This document shows, in pieces, positions 37,630 through 50,399 of a DNA stretch of 60,844 nucleotides. The stretch's first letter is position 1. Every line of letters starts with the position of its first letter. The stretch covers positions 11,286,692 to 11,347,535 of the forward strand of contig NC_068981.1 of NCBI RefSeq assembly GCF_001194135.2. Reading direction: 5' to 3'. The notes under the pieces were generated by a model. It searched no databases. It saw only the letters and a list, made by a program, of their open reading frames with translations, and had not been told where the DNA came from. A program made the translations under genes and the position numbers. This DNA comes from Octopus bimaculoides. Its lineage: Eukaryota.

Positions 37630-38050
37630 ACGAGATTGCGGCTATGAAGACAAACAACGCCACTGAATTGGTCTTTAAATTACTCTGCAATTGATTACTC
37701 ATTATCAAAATTATAATTACTACTAACTGCTATTAATGCAGTTATAATAACATATTCAAGAAGATCTGGTTACAACAATATACTTCGTCTAGTATTATCA
37801 CTCCTATATTTGCTACTACGTTCATATTGTAAGCAATCTCCACAAAATACCCGTAATTTAAAGAGTAAGAGAATGACTAGTATCAAATTTGAACTTGGTT
37901 TATGGCTATAACATAAGAAAACAGTGACGGGGGATCATTAAATTTTAAGAAAAATGGTGAACTAAGAACAGAACTCTTAAAACAAAATTCAGTTCCATTA
38001 TTTCACTTTAACTGATGTAACCGCTCATACGTATAATCATAAATAATCAA
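37630..38050 (+). pseudogene. Decayed FN3-like segment spanning a domain junction
   Basis: LLTAINAV (37723), KQSPQNTRNLKSKRMTSIKFE, NSDGGSLNF (37920), FHYFTLTDVTAHTY (37993) in the expected strand order. Confidence 0.5.
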
Positions 38051-38825
38051 AATGGATATGATTTCACCTATATTTTCTCTCAAGAGTATTTTCTGTCGAG
38101 ACTATTTCTGTCGTGAAAGGTGTCCTCCATCCGAATGTACACGAACATATTAAATGTGATTATTCGCGGATACATTTCATTCAACTCTGCGTCGTACAAC
38201 TCCAGGTGATTACTTTCAGATTGACGAAACTTTATGCGCATCATAAAATATTCTATTTGCTGTTCTTAAATATAAGAACAGCGTACTTAAAGGGTTGGGA
38301 ACAGCTCATTTCGTATTCGTAGCTGATGAAGCGTGACGATGCAGAATCACATCCATCATACGGTCCAATGACATTACTCGATGGCCATGATGTGTTTTCA
38401 CATATATTGTCTACATGGTATCTTTTCTCTCGAGGCTATTTGAAGAGTGAATGACCGTCCCTTGCCTGAATGTGTACGAATGTATTAAATGTGATTGAGC
38501 GGACATTTTAAACTAAAAAAGATGCATTATTATAATTTACAATATCTCAATTCTGAAAGATGTTCGCAGTCGTTAATAATTGAAAATGTGTTGCTTCAAT
38601 TAGAATTATTGATTCCTCACAATCCAGATGATTCAATGTGAACTTCATAAAATTGCTACTGAAATATTCATTAAAGTAATCTAGAGCCTAAAATCATATA
38701 CGTGAAATTCTATGTATATATGTAAGAAAACATCCGCTACTTTCTAACTTATTTGGCTAATGTCTAGCCAATCATTTTAATGCCACTAAAATCTTAAATC
38801 TTGACATAATTTAGCGAATAAACAG

Positions 38826-38865
<40 letters not shown>

Positions 38866-39199
38866 TAAAATTGTAATCCAGATCTAATTATTATTTTTAT
38901 CTAATCAACATTTAAAAACTCGAACATAAAGTGAAGCAGCGAATGAAACATGAATGTTAATCAAGCCCACAACCTAAAATTATTTGTGCGAGAAATCGAA
39001 TGGCAATGAATTTGACGAAAAAAAAAATGCTGAAGATGTAATTAAAACTTGAACGTAATTAACAACTACATATACAGCACAATAATAAAGCCACAGGTAG
39101 CTCGTCATCTGCCCCTGTGTTGGAAATAATTATGATCTTGACGACAAATTTTGTTATTCCATCCGAGTCCTTAGCAGCCAAAAATTTGGGGATAAGATA

Positions 39200-39420
39200 T
39201 ATTCTTTTCTACTCTAGGCACAAGGTCCAAAATTTTGGGGAAGGGGGCCAGTCGATTAGATCGACCCCAGTATGCAACTAGTGTTTAATTTATCGACCCC
39301 GAAAGGATGAAAGTCCAAGTCGGCCGTGGTGGAATTTGAACTCAGAAAGTAAAGACAGACGAAACACAGCAAAGTATTTCGCCCGGCGAGGTAACATTTC
39401 TGCCAGATTTCCGCCTCGAT
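39200..39420 (-). mobile_element. SINE family B, full length
   Basis: Reverse complement of 24980-25200. Confidence 0.92.
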
Positions 39421-40451
39421 AACAAGATATATCAAACATCATAGAGTTATATGGTAGAACAGAATCCTTGACATATAACGTTTGCACATTTCCAAACCGA
39501 GAGAAATATAAAAGATAAAGTTATTCAATTTATCTGGCAACACAAAGCATACTACCAAATAATTGAAATGAAAAGGACAAACAAGATTTATATGATAAAC
39601 ACTACTAAATAAAAAAAAAAAAATCGTAAGCATTAATGCCTACAAAGGTGGAATAAATAGAACAACAAGGAAACCTATCTAAGTGTTTTAAATAACAATC
39701 CAATTAAATTAGAGTCGACTTAAAGAATAATTACGAAACGTAATTACACTAATTTGATAAGACACGTGCTGGATTCACCAACGAGAATACTTTAGTAAAC
39801 GTATGTAATATAACTAGTAAAAAAGATTAAAACTAAAAACTCACTACGATAAAAGAAATTTTAAATGTTAAACGGACATTTAACTAGTACATAAGTAAAC
39901 AAAAAAAAATTAAAAAGCAGGACTAAACAGACGTGTAAAAAAAGCAGAGAGTATAACCACCACTGAAACGGAATTAAGTAAAACGATAAAAATATTATTT
40001 TAAAGTTAATTAACAATAAACCTATTAGAATTACAGTTGACGGAGAGAAAAAATACGCCGGAAGATTTTAATATACTAACAAGCTAACACAGGTGTGGCA
40101 TTTAACTGAGATTATCTAAATAATCGACCGTTCATCGTAACAGATACAATGAGAAGAAAATAGGCATAGCCACACACAAACACACACACACACAAAGCCA
40201 CCGACACAGACATATAATCACACGTTTATAACTTTAGTTAAGCTATACACACACACAAAAAAAAAATCAATGGAGAAACCAGAATGTGTCGGTGGAATTT
40301 ATTTAGTTACATTTAGTTAAACTTATGAGGGCAAGAGTCGTCGATCAACTGGTGCTTCGATGACCTCCCGCCTAACCGGAAGCTCCTTTCACTGTAGATC
40401 AGCTCCCTAGTTAACCCGCAGTGAAGTTCTTGTCTACAATTCGTCTACAAT

Positions 40452-40504
<53 letters not shown>

Positions 40505-40547
40505 ACATACATACATACATACATACATACATACATACATACATACA
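40452..40547. repeat. (TCTA)n(TACA)n microsatellite
   Basis: Directly visible. Confidence 0.95.
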
Positions 40548-40869
40548 CGTTATCTATATTTATCCGATGAAGTATAATAAGTAAAAAAAAAAACAAACCT
40601 AAAAACAAGATGATCATAAATAATATAAGTACGAGAGTGGACCTATTATCTGTTCAGTCTAATAAATATTTCCCATATGCTGGCAAAATATTATCGCAAC
40701 ATTATTTTCATGTAATTAAGTTTTCCAATAAGGAATAATTAAAGAATCACTAGACATGACCGATCTGAAGTTTGACGCTGGGGTACTATAGTACTGAAGT
40801 CCCGAAAGAGGCCATATGGTCAACAATCTAAAAAGTCCCAGATTATATCAATAAATAAATAAATAAATG

Positions 40870-41500
40870 GGTCTCCGAAAAACTAGGTCTTGCAAGAATT
40901 ACATCCGTTTGATTGGCCTCTGAAAGGATGACCATCCCTGTAAACTAGGTCAGCGTGCAAATTTTCTTCAATTTCAGACAATGCCAAAACTGCTGTATTT
41001 GCAATCATAACATACTACCAAGTATATTACAGATTCAAAATCAATGATGTGTCTTACCGTGTATTAGCAGTCCTATAATTTCACTTTGGTAAGTTTATCT
41101 CAATAAATTTTCAATAGAATTCAGAGCCAGCAGTGGAAGTTATGACGTTTCAAAAACAAACATTTCTATGTAAACAATGTGATTTAAGAAAGAAAAAAAG
41201 GGAATGGGTGTATTTGCATCTTTCATGGGTTGTTGCCCTTTCATCAGCGTATCTAACCCGTCAGCTACCTACCAACGCATTGCTTAAATACCCACTAGGT
41301 TTACCTGTGCAATATACATATTAGTATATTATGGTTGAAGCCAAAATCGTGCAGCCTTGCCAAGAATGATTATATACGTACCGGCTACCAAAAATGTGTT
41401 TGATATGCCAATTGGTATAACCATTTGTCTTGCTCTGCTAAACCGAAACGCTCCTCACACGCGATTTCAAACACTTAAGCCACATTTATGCAGACTCTCA
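40870..41500 (+). pseudogene. Decayed FN3-like segments with strong splice sites at 40978 and 41088
   Basis: RITSVLI, IITYYQVYYR (41004-41033), SYRVLAV*, then YLHLSW (41211-41228); acceptor TTTTCTTCAATTTCAG, donor TTG/GTAAGT. Confidence 0.45.
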
Positions 41501-42119
41501 GAATGGAGACATTAAATGCATATTTTAATAATATTATACTAAAACTGGATACATTTAGAGCAAAAAACAAACAAAAACATTACCACTTTGTATAACAAGA
41601 ATATATTATCACATCGCAAAGTCACTCGATATGAATGACGTACAACAAGAACAATCACAATAGTGCGGCTGGTAAAAACATATGCTTAAGATATTCTTCT
41701 CGACAATATCTCTCTATTCAAACGTTTAAATTGTTAGCAGAGACATTCTAATTAATTAATTTATTGTAATGATGCTCTCATATGTTCTTAACAACGATAT
41801 GCTGTCAAGATATCTCGTAACCAAAACATTAATTATACTTCTCTTGACGAACAGACATACTTAACAAATACTGCAGCACAAAAATGCTTTTCCTTTCCAG
41901 GACTGGATCCTTTGTGAGTTTTCAGCGACTAACTCCGCGGATTACATAATTATTTCTAGTGTCACTGACTATGCAAATACGAAAAGCAATGTCGCAACTT
42001 ACAGAATATGAACTTAGAACATAAGTAGATATAACCAAATAAAACGAAGCTCCTACCATTTGATTTTTCTATAGTACTGCTAAGTACAAAAATAGTTATA
42101 AATAACAGTTTTATGATTT

Positions 42120-42296
42120 TTCACCAGGCCAGCAGTAAATTAAGAGGGGTTAGTTGTTTACATTTGCCTCAGTGTATGAAGGATGAAAAAGCAAAGTTGA
42201 TCTCGGCGGAATTTGAGCACAGACCTCGATGATTCATGAGAAATACTGCTTAGCGTTTTATACCACTGCTTATGATTCTGTCAGCTCGCTGCCTTA
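42120..42296 (-). mobile_element. SINE family B
   Basis: GAAGGATGAAAAGCAAAGTTGATCTCGGCGGAATTTGAGC..CAGCTCGCTGCCTT. Confidence 0.8.
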
Positions 42297-42779
42297 AGAT
42301 ACTTACAACGTTAGCACAGTAAATGCATCAGGTAAGTTATTGTTGATATCTCATTTTTAAGCATGATGAAAATATATCTTAACATTTACAACAATTTTTA
42401 CAACCTTACTGTTATAAACTAACATCTTTGAGGCTTCGAATAAAATCCATCATATTTCCATCCGCCTGATCGCTAATCGTCTTCAAGTATCTTTTTCCAG
42501 GACTAAATTCGAACTCGGAAACATTATTTCTAGATTAAAATCTGGTAAGATTCCGAATTAAAATCCACTTCAAGATTATGTACACGTTCTGGAATGAGGA
42601 CCTGGTGACGGCCAGTGAGTAAAACCGATCGATGCGTTGCGTGGATATTGACACATCTATACAGTTTCTTCCTCTAAAGCTCTGATTAATTGTCAGAAAA
42701 AATATAATCAAAATAAAAATATTTATTTGAAAGAATGTAACAAGAAATGTAATGCATATTTAAGTTTGAAAATATTAGT

Positions 42780-42965
42780 CTCAAATTTTGGCAAAAGGCC
42801 AGCAATAGTGAGGCAGGGTGCAAATAGATTACAACGACCTAGCTCAGGACTCAATTTAATTCATTGACTCAATTTAATTCAATGACCCACTTGAACTTAG
42901 AACGTTAAAGACGGACGAAATGCCGCTAAGCAGTTTGCCCGGTGCGGTATCGATTCTGCCAGTTA
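42780..42965 (-). mobile_element. SINE family B
   Basis: TTGAACTTAGAACGTTAAAGACGGACGAAATGCCGCTAAGC..GATTCTGCCAG. Confidence 0.8.
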
Positions 42966-43549
42966 GAAAATATGACTCGGAATTAATAAAGTCAAAAACA
43001 AGTTAATGTCGAGTTCTTTTGAATTGTTTGGTTAAACATTAGTTTTCTTTTCTAAATATTAGTTTTCTTTGCTTCCAAGCAAATTATATCTGTGCAAGTT
43101 TTTCCAATTTCTACATCAATTACTAAAGCATAACATAACAGCTTTCACTATATTATCCTATCACTCAAAGCCGTTAGTGTTTAACAACATCAATTATTAC
43201 AATAGCGGCTCTTAAAAAAGTGCTTTTTTCACCTTTCCATATTTGGTGAATCGTTCGAAAAATTACTTTATTAGTCTCCATAATTACTTTCCTATTTCTG
43301 GGGGGTAAAACATTAGCAATTATTATAATTGTGTCGTTTTCAAAAATTTTTCATTATTCTGCTAAGTTCCTTGTATATTATTTTGAATCTGTGTTCAGTG
43401 GGTATGTTTTGAAAAACATGTTGAGAAAAGTTGATAAATTGAGTAAGCGCACACATATAAACATACACATGCACACATACTCACGCATACACACCTGCAC
43501 GCACACACGCACAGACGCACACACATACATCATTTTATGCAAAGAAGTT

Positions 43550-43850
43550 GTGCATGGTACCAGATTTCTCGGCTCGAGTCAAATATAATATAGTATTACA
43601 AATCGTTGTTAAGGATTCACATAAGTGGAGTCAGGGGCAGCTAGTTTTTATTGGCATCAAGTCGTAATAGTTGTAATACCGAAGTCAAGCCAAACAGTGA
43701 CATTTTGAAATCACTTGAGACGTACGTTGGAGGTTTGCGTAATGTTCAACAAGAAATGCATCCATTATGTAAACCTTCCTCAGTTAAAACATTTCATAAA
43801 AGAATACTCAATGGCTGCATTTCCAATTATATATAACGCAAACCTGAAAC
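43550..43850 (+). pseudogene. Decayed FN3-like segment
   Basis: VPDFSARVKYNSITN / RIHIS, then HYVNLPQLKHFIKEYSMAAF (43763 onward). Confidence 0.4.
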
Positions 43851-43882
43851 TTACGTAGTAAATATCACTATTTGCAACAATG

Positions 43883-43926
<44 letters not shown>

Positions 43927-43962
43927 TGACCGCGCGCGCATGTGTGTATATGTATGTGTGAA

Positions 43963-44001
<39 letters not shown>

Positions 44002-44354
44002 AACTCATTAAGCAATTACATTGCCTTACATGTACTGTTTATCGCTAAATTTTACTTTGCTGATTCTAATATGCATATATGGAACGAATTTAATCTAACT
44101 CTAGTTAATAAAAAAATTGGGCTGGAGAATTCCCTTTAGATTAACATTAATAGACTTTTCTTGTGAACAGAAGCGATTTTTAAATCTGCAGTGTATAATT
44201 TCTTTCTTTCCTTTTCTTTCACCGTTGGACGTCAGCCTTTTAAAAACTCTTTTGCACCCCTACTGTCCATAAATATGTTCCTTATATCCTGTGTAAACTC
44301 AATGATTTCAGCCCATTATTATCTTTGTCTGATCAGTCAATTTCTCAGCAAACA

Positions 44355-44520
44355 AGTACATCAGCAGGCGTGGCTCTGTGGTTAAGAAGTTCGTTTGAAA
44401 CCATGTACTTTCGGGCTCAGTCCCTCTCCACGGCATATTAGGTAATTACCTTCTACTTTGGTCCCAAGTCCTCAAGTCTGCAATCCAATGACTGAAAAAA
44501 AAGTAAAAGGCAAAAACAAA
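44355..44520 (+). mobile_element. Degenerate SINE family A
   Basis: GGCGTGGCTCTGTGGTTAAGAAGTTCG..CAATGACTGAAAAAAAAGTAAAAG. Confidence 0.65.
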
Positions 44521-44740
44521 AAAAAGGGTAGAGACGTCAGTTCCTTGCCCTAATGCTCTAATTGATTATTAGGTGTGATTAAGTATATTTCATGCTGCTT
44601 GTAACGAAAGAGGTTAGAAAAGTGCAGTTGAACAACAATTAATTTATAAAGTTGTTATTGCATAAGAAGAGAACTCTAACGTTAGTGGTGGCGCATTATC
44701 TCTCTAAAGCGCCATAGTTCTATAGAGAAAGGATTGTGAA

Positions 44741-44854
44741 AGTCATTACAGTGCAGTTTGTGTGTTATTACCAGGGGAAGTCATTACAGTGAAATTTGTG
44801 TGTTATTACCAGGGTAAGTCATTAAAGTGTAGTATGTGTGTTATTACCAGCGTC
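44741..44854. repeat. 38-bp minisatellite, 3 copies
   Basis: AGTCATTACAGTGCAGTTTGTGTGTTATTACCAGGGGA units start at 44741, 44779 and 44817. Confidence 0.9.
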
Positions 44855-45169
44855 AAAGGAAGTGATGCACATATACATTGGTAGAGTTGTAGATGCAGTA
44901 GTAGTAGAAACCGTAAGAGAATGAAACTGCGTAGTTTCATTTACTGGTTGTTGTGTATTCGTGAATGAAACTTTGCCAGTCTGCAGAATGACGGGAAATA
45001 AATACAATGAACGGTGTTAATGTGTAGTACAATACTGCTCCTATGTGATGTAATTGGCTTTTAATTTGCTTTGTGAAAGTTGGAATCTTTTCCGGCACTA
45101 AATAAACAGCATTCCATCTTGGTAAATGTTATTTATGCTATGTATATGCGTAAGCTTATCACAAATATT

Positions 45170-45757
45170 GAGTCTTAACAGTTACGGCAAATTTTCCAAG
45201 GAATAAATATTTTGTGCGAGATGTCTATCTGCATCCAGAATAATGTGGATAGTGCATATATCAGGAAGGCTATAAAGTTACGAGAAAATAGATTTATGGA
45301 AACCAGATCGTTTTTGAAATACGAAATAAGCCATAAGGGTGTATATTGAAACACAAGCAATGAAAACAATTTTGATAGTAATTGCCAAACTATAATGCAG
45401 GTCCATTTCTGCCATTCATAGGTAATGCGTCTAACATTTCATCGCTCAGAATAATATCAAAAATTTATGTTCCTGTATAATAGTATCGATGTAACTGTAA
45501 GCTCCCGAGACGTCCGTATTTTATGCAATTCAGTTCGCTTACACCACTAACTGTATTCAAAGCAGTTTAAAAGTAGCATTGATAAATAATATTCCTCTTC
45601 AGTTAAGATGTACTTTAGACGTAGTAACGAAAGCAGGGAGAAAAATGGGATCCTACCTCAATACAAATGACAATGCTATTAAAATACATTGTTATAGAGC
45701 CAGTGTGAGGTCTTAAATATAAAGGAAGAATTACGGCTTTTTGTAGAATAGAAAATG
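45170..45757 (+). pseudogene. Possible decayed FN3-like segment
   Basis: ILIVIA / NYNAGPF, then KWDPTSIQMTMLLKYIV and YKGRITAFCRIENG; weaker than the other segments. Confidence 0.3.
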
Positions 45758-46030
45758 GCACACCGTCGGTTACGACAACGAAGGTTCCAGGTGATCTTAT
45801 CAATGCAGCAGCCTGCTCGAGAAATTAACGTACAAGTATATGAGCTCTCCACAGACAACGTAGTTTTCAGGAAGAATCAGCGTGACACAGAGTGTGACAA
45901 GGCTGGCCCTTTGAATTACAGGTACAGCTCATTTTTGCCAGCTGAGTGGACTGGATCAACCTGAAATGAAGTTTCTTGCTCAAGGACACAACACAGAGAA
46001 TCAAACGCACGACCTTGCGATAGCGAGCCG
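45757..46030 (-). mobile_element. SINE family C
   Basis: Shares CCGTCGGTTACG..CAGCCTGCTCG..CAGCGTGACACAGAGTGTGACAAG with 11326-11692, plus GCCAGCTGAGTGGACTGG..TCTTGCTCAAGGACACAAC central domain. Confidence 0.85.
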
Positions 46031-47246
46031 AATGCCCCTATGCCATGCACCTTTACTCTATGGAATATAGTAATAAAAGGAAATGGAGTACAAGAGTATA
46101 AATGTGCACAAAATTCCTAAATGTTTTAGAGAGGAGATGAAGGAAAATTCCATGCTTGCGATCTGAAATTATTTTGACGGAAGGAAGGAAAGAAGGAAGG
46201 AAGGAACGATAAACTCTCTTCAGCCAAGAAATCTGCCGTAAAACCTTCGAGTCATCCAAAGTCATGCAGTGACACCATTTTAGTGTTAAACTGGACGACA
46301 AAGTAAGTATATGATCACAAAATACGAGAAAAAAATTGTTGCCTTGGAAAATTACTTGTGTAGCAAATTATAATAACTGCGAAAGAACTATAAATACACG
46401 ACTTGAACTTGTTTTGGTAATGGACGTTTTATATCAGGTACGGCTAGTTACGGAAATATAATTATATAACGTACGAGTGTTTCCGCTAGAAATCCTAAAC
46501 TTTCAAACTTGAACATTGCAACATTTGCATAACGTGAAGCACCACAAATAGCTTTCCTATTAATCTATAGATTTCGCCTATTCTTCCATTGATGAGAAAG
46601 TCCACGTTTGAATGTGGTCCAACCTTTGAAGAAAATAATCTTGTGTTTAAAAGAAATAAGTTATTTTTAAGAACATATATTATTTGTAAATAAATCAATT
46701 TGAATACGAATACATTATTGATTTTCCCACAGGGGTAATTTAGAAATTTATGTATTTTTCAAGAACTATTATCGCTTTCTATAGTAACAGAAATAAATAA
46801 TACAAAGAATTCAAAATCTTAAGAGCTCTAGAGTGAAGAACATACGCTGATGTGAATTAATATTAATAGCATTTTTGTAATTTTGTCAGATTCATGTGAT
46901 GTAAATATAGATTCTATTAGAGAACAAAGAAATAACATTTCGTAATAAATTAAATATGAAGAGAGTAAATATATATTAAGACACAACTGCACTGATGATT
47001 TTCTGGTCGGTAGAAGATATGGAAGGATATATTAGTGTGTGTAATTTTTATAAATCGCTTCACAAATTTCACTGCGAGTAGTGTCTATTTCTAGTATTAG
47101 AATCTGGGTGCAAATTAAAGGAAAACGAAACTAGTGACAATATACCAAGCAGATTGCTTTAAGACAAGTGCCGAATTAGTAAGATATGTTGCTATCTTTA
47201 GGACATAAGACATAGGTAAAAAATGGCTATATATATATATATATAT

Positions 47247-47288
<42 letters not shown>

Positions 47289-47539
47289 NNNNNNNNNNNN
47301 NNNNNNNNNNNNNNNNNNNNNNNNNNNNNNNNNNNNNNNNNNNNNNNNNNNNNNNNNNNNNNNNNNNNNNNNNNNNNNNNNNNNNNNNNNNNNNNNNNNN
47401 NNNNNNNNNNNNNNNNNNNNNNNNNNNNNNNNNNNNNNNNNNNNNNNNNNNNNNNNNNNNNNNNNNNNNNNNNNNNNNNNNNNNNNNNNNNNNNNNNNNN
47501 NNNNNNNNNNNNNNNNNNNNNNNNNNNATATACATATAT

Positions 47540-47780
47540 ATATGTGTGTGTGTGTGCGTGTGTATGTCTGTATGCTTGTTTTTATCCCCCCAACATCGCT
47601 TGACAACCGATGCTGTGACGTTTACGTGCCCCGTAAAGTAGCGGTTCGGCAAAAGTGACCGATAAAATAAGTACTAGGCTTACAAAGAATAAATCCTGGG
47701 GTCGATTTGCTCTACTAAAAGGCGGTGCTCCAGCATGGCCACAGTCAAATGACTGAAACAAGTAAAAGAGTAAAAGAGTA
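47540..47780 (+). mobile_element. SINE family A 3' half
   Basis: CCCCCAACATCGCTTGACAACCGATGCT..CAAATGACTGAAACAAGTAAAAGAG. Confidence 0.9.
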
Positions 47781-47859
47781 TACATATAGACGCATGCTCG
47801 AGCGCATGCCCACACACATACACACATATATGGGGACGGGTTATGACACACTCCCTACT

Positions 47860-48600
47860 CCAACAAACCAACAAGCTTTGTAGGGGAATTAGCTGCGAAG
47901 GTTTTATGAAGAAAAGGGCACCGTGGCACCATGGCACAAATCTTGTCAAGCTGCAAAATAGAACTTACTGAAGGGAGATACAGGTGACGCCGTGCAAAGA
48001 TGCTTGCAACACTCGTCAACTCCCCGGAACAGAAAAGGCTCAAGAAACATTAAAAAATGGAGGAAACAACAGCAGTACTTTTCAAGTTCGTGAAGAGAGA
48101 CAGAAAACCGATAAAATCAGCAAAAAAGGACAGGTTATCTATTACATGGGGGCCCCTCAGAGGATATGAAATCAGATCTAGGGTAAATATTGCAATTTAT
48201 CGCCTGAAAAACTAAAGAAAATAATCTTGATGGAGCTTGTAGTCCCCTGGAAAGATGGGTGTGATGATGGCCTTTGGATGGAAGCGTGCCAAGTACGAGA
48301 GACTTGAGCAAGATAGCAGAGAGGAAGGGTAGCACTGATGAATTTTCCCAGCCGAGGCTAGCTGTAGCGGATTTCCTGCTTAGTCGGTAAGGAGGAGGAT
48401 TACAGCCATGGGAATAAAAGAAAAAGTGCGAAGTGCATGAGGCAGCAGAAAGGGCCTAGTGCTGGTTGTAGAGGAAGAGAGAAGAGTCAAGCTGGAAGCT
48501 GGGAGGGAGACATGAGCAATTACTTGGTCACCTCTGGAAATCTCTCACGGTTGAGCATCGAAACCCCCAATGACCGTTGAATACTGTCTAATAAAAACAG
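47860..48600 (+). mobile_element. HERO-like (NeSL/R2 group) LINE 3' remnant
   Basis: GTMAQILSSCKIELTEGRYR*RRAKML (knuckle + GRYxWRHD equivalent) and IILMELVVPWKDGCD (ELTVPWE equivalent); frameshifted. Confidence 0.75.
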
Positions 48601-48676
48601 CCCCTACTGGCCAAAACGCCTTTTATAACGGTGCACCTTCAAAAAGGATCACATTCTTTCATGTGCTATTAAAAGA

Positions 48677-48710
<34 letters not shown>

Positions 48711-48899
48711 ACACACACACACACATGCATGCACATATATAGCATGTAGAAATCCCTTTCGGTCAAAAATGACCATGCAATTGCTCTTAGAATGTTCCCC
48801 TCCAAGACACAAGTCCACCAAGATTGTTTGTTGGAGACCACCAGTTGCTCATTGCTACAGGATCTTCCTCTCCTCGCCACCACTGTTGTGTAAGGAACA

Positions 48900-49072
48900 C
48901 CAACAGCTTGGGACCAATGGCGTAGCAACTGAATTCAACAGTTTAGTGAACTGGAGCAGCGTGAAATAAAGGGTCTCATTCAAGAACACAAAACAGCTCC
49001 ATCCAGGAATCGAAATTACAACTTAAAGATTGTAAGCCAGACGCTCTAACTACTGGGTGATGCGTCTTCACG
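48900..49072 (-). mobile_element. SINE family C-related 5' part
   Basis: GTGAACTGGAGCAGCGTGAAATAAAGGGTCTCATTCAAGAACACAA and reversed tRNA-like head. Confidence 0.7.
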
Positions 49073-49373
49073 AACAGATACACATGCATGCACGCACACT
49101 CACAAATGCATATATACACTCGTTTATGTACATTACACATGTTTATCATAGAGATTCGTTGTCTAAAAATTTGATAACACCATAGTATTGAAATGAATCA
49201 AGCATGTGATAAAATATAGAGAAGATAAATGAATGACTAAACAGACAGTAATCATATTTATCATTAATATCATTATGTAGCAATGCTAAATTTCCAATCA
49301 AATCAACCCAGTCCACACTGGGATCAGATAAACAAAGCAATGTAGTAAAACAGAAATAGAAAAATAGAATTCG

Positions 49374-49643
49374 TTGTGTCTAGGGAGAGTCATTTTCTTT
49401 TAGTGCCTTATAATTTAACACATTAAATTATAAGGATTGGCTGTGTGGTAAGTAGCTTGCCTACCAACCACATGTTTCCGGGTTCATTCCCACTGCGTTG
49501 CAACTTGGGCAAGTGTCTTCTACTATAGCCTCGGGCCGACCAAAGCCTTGTGAGCGGATTTGGTAGACGGTAACTGAAAGAAGCCTGTCGTACATATATA
49601 TATATATATATANNNNNNNNNNNNNNNNNNNNNNNNNNNNNNN

Positions 49644-49674
<31 letters not shown>

Positions 49675-50100
49675 TTGTGTGTCTGTGTTTGTCCCCCAAC
49701 ATCGGTTGATAACCGATGCTGGTGTGTTTACGTCCTCGTAACTTAGCGGTTCGGCAAAAGGGCGCGATAGAATAAGTACTAGGCATCCATAGAATAGGTC
49801 CTGGGGTCGATTTGCTCGATTTAAGGCGGTGCTGCAGCATGGCCGCAGTCAAATGACTGAAACAAGTAAAAGACATTCACCGGTAAAATTTGCACGCATT
49901 TACTTATTTATATTTTTCTATAATTTTCGTTGCGTCTGGCAACCTTTTCAATAGTCGTTCACTCTGTCCGTTATTCAGTCTGCCTTCTTTTTGTTTTCTT
50001 TCTTACCGATGAGTGTGTTAAATTATAAGTCACTAAAAGAGAATGTCTCTCCCCAGACACAACAGAACATGCTTCAACTAACAAACTTATATAAAGAATC
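49374..50100. mobile_element. MITE-like element with ~50-bp inverted arms, interrupted by a SINE
   Basis: 49374-49422 is the approximate reverse complement of 50014-50063. Confidence 0.75.
49436..49872 (+). mobile_element. SINE family A, near full length
   Basis: TGGCTGTGTGGTAAGTAGCTTGCC..CAAGTAAAAG. Confidence 0.92.
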
Positions 50101-50399
50101 CGAAAACGAAAGGAAGATAGAAGTTATACTAATTAGAGGCGGGCATACGACAGGATAATAGGCTAAAATTAGTATTGTGTAGGAAGGACATACGGAACGC
50201 TTCTGGACATCGTATTACTACCGTACTTCGTTTGATTATGAAATGCGAATCACATTGAATCATTTCATGCCTCATGTATGTATATAAATTGCATAGATTA
50301 TCATTATATTTATATACATGGGTTTTGCGTATAAAATGCCAAGCAATTTTGTACTCAATCTATCTATCAGTGCTTTACCCAATGGTGGATGAGCGAAAT

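Noticed and set aside
38320-38350. CTGATGAAGCGTGACGATGCAGAAT
   Set aside because: Lacks GAAA, helix I and a cleavage triplet.
41215-41250. Minus-strand CTGATGA-AAGGG..CCCAT-GAAA
   Set aside because: No helix I or III can be formed; overlaps an FN3-like segment on the plus strand.
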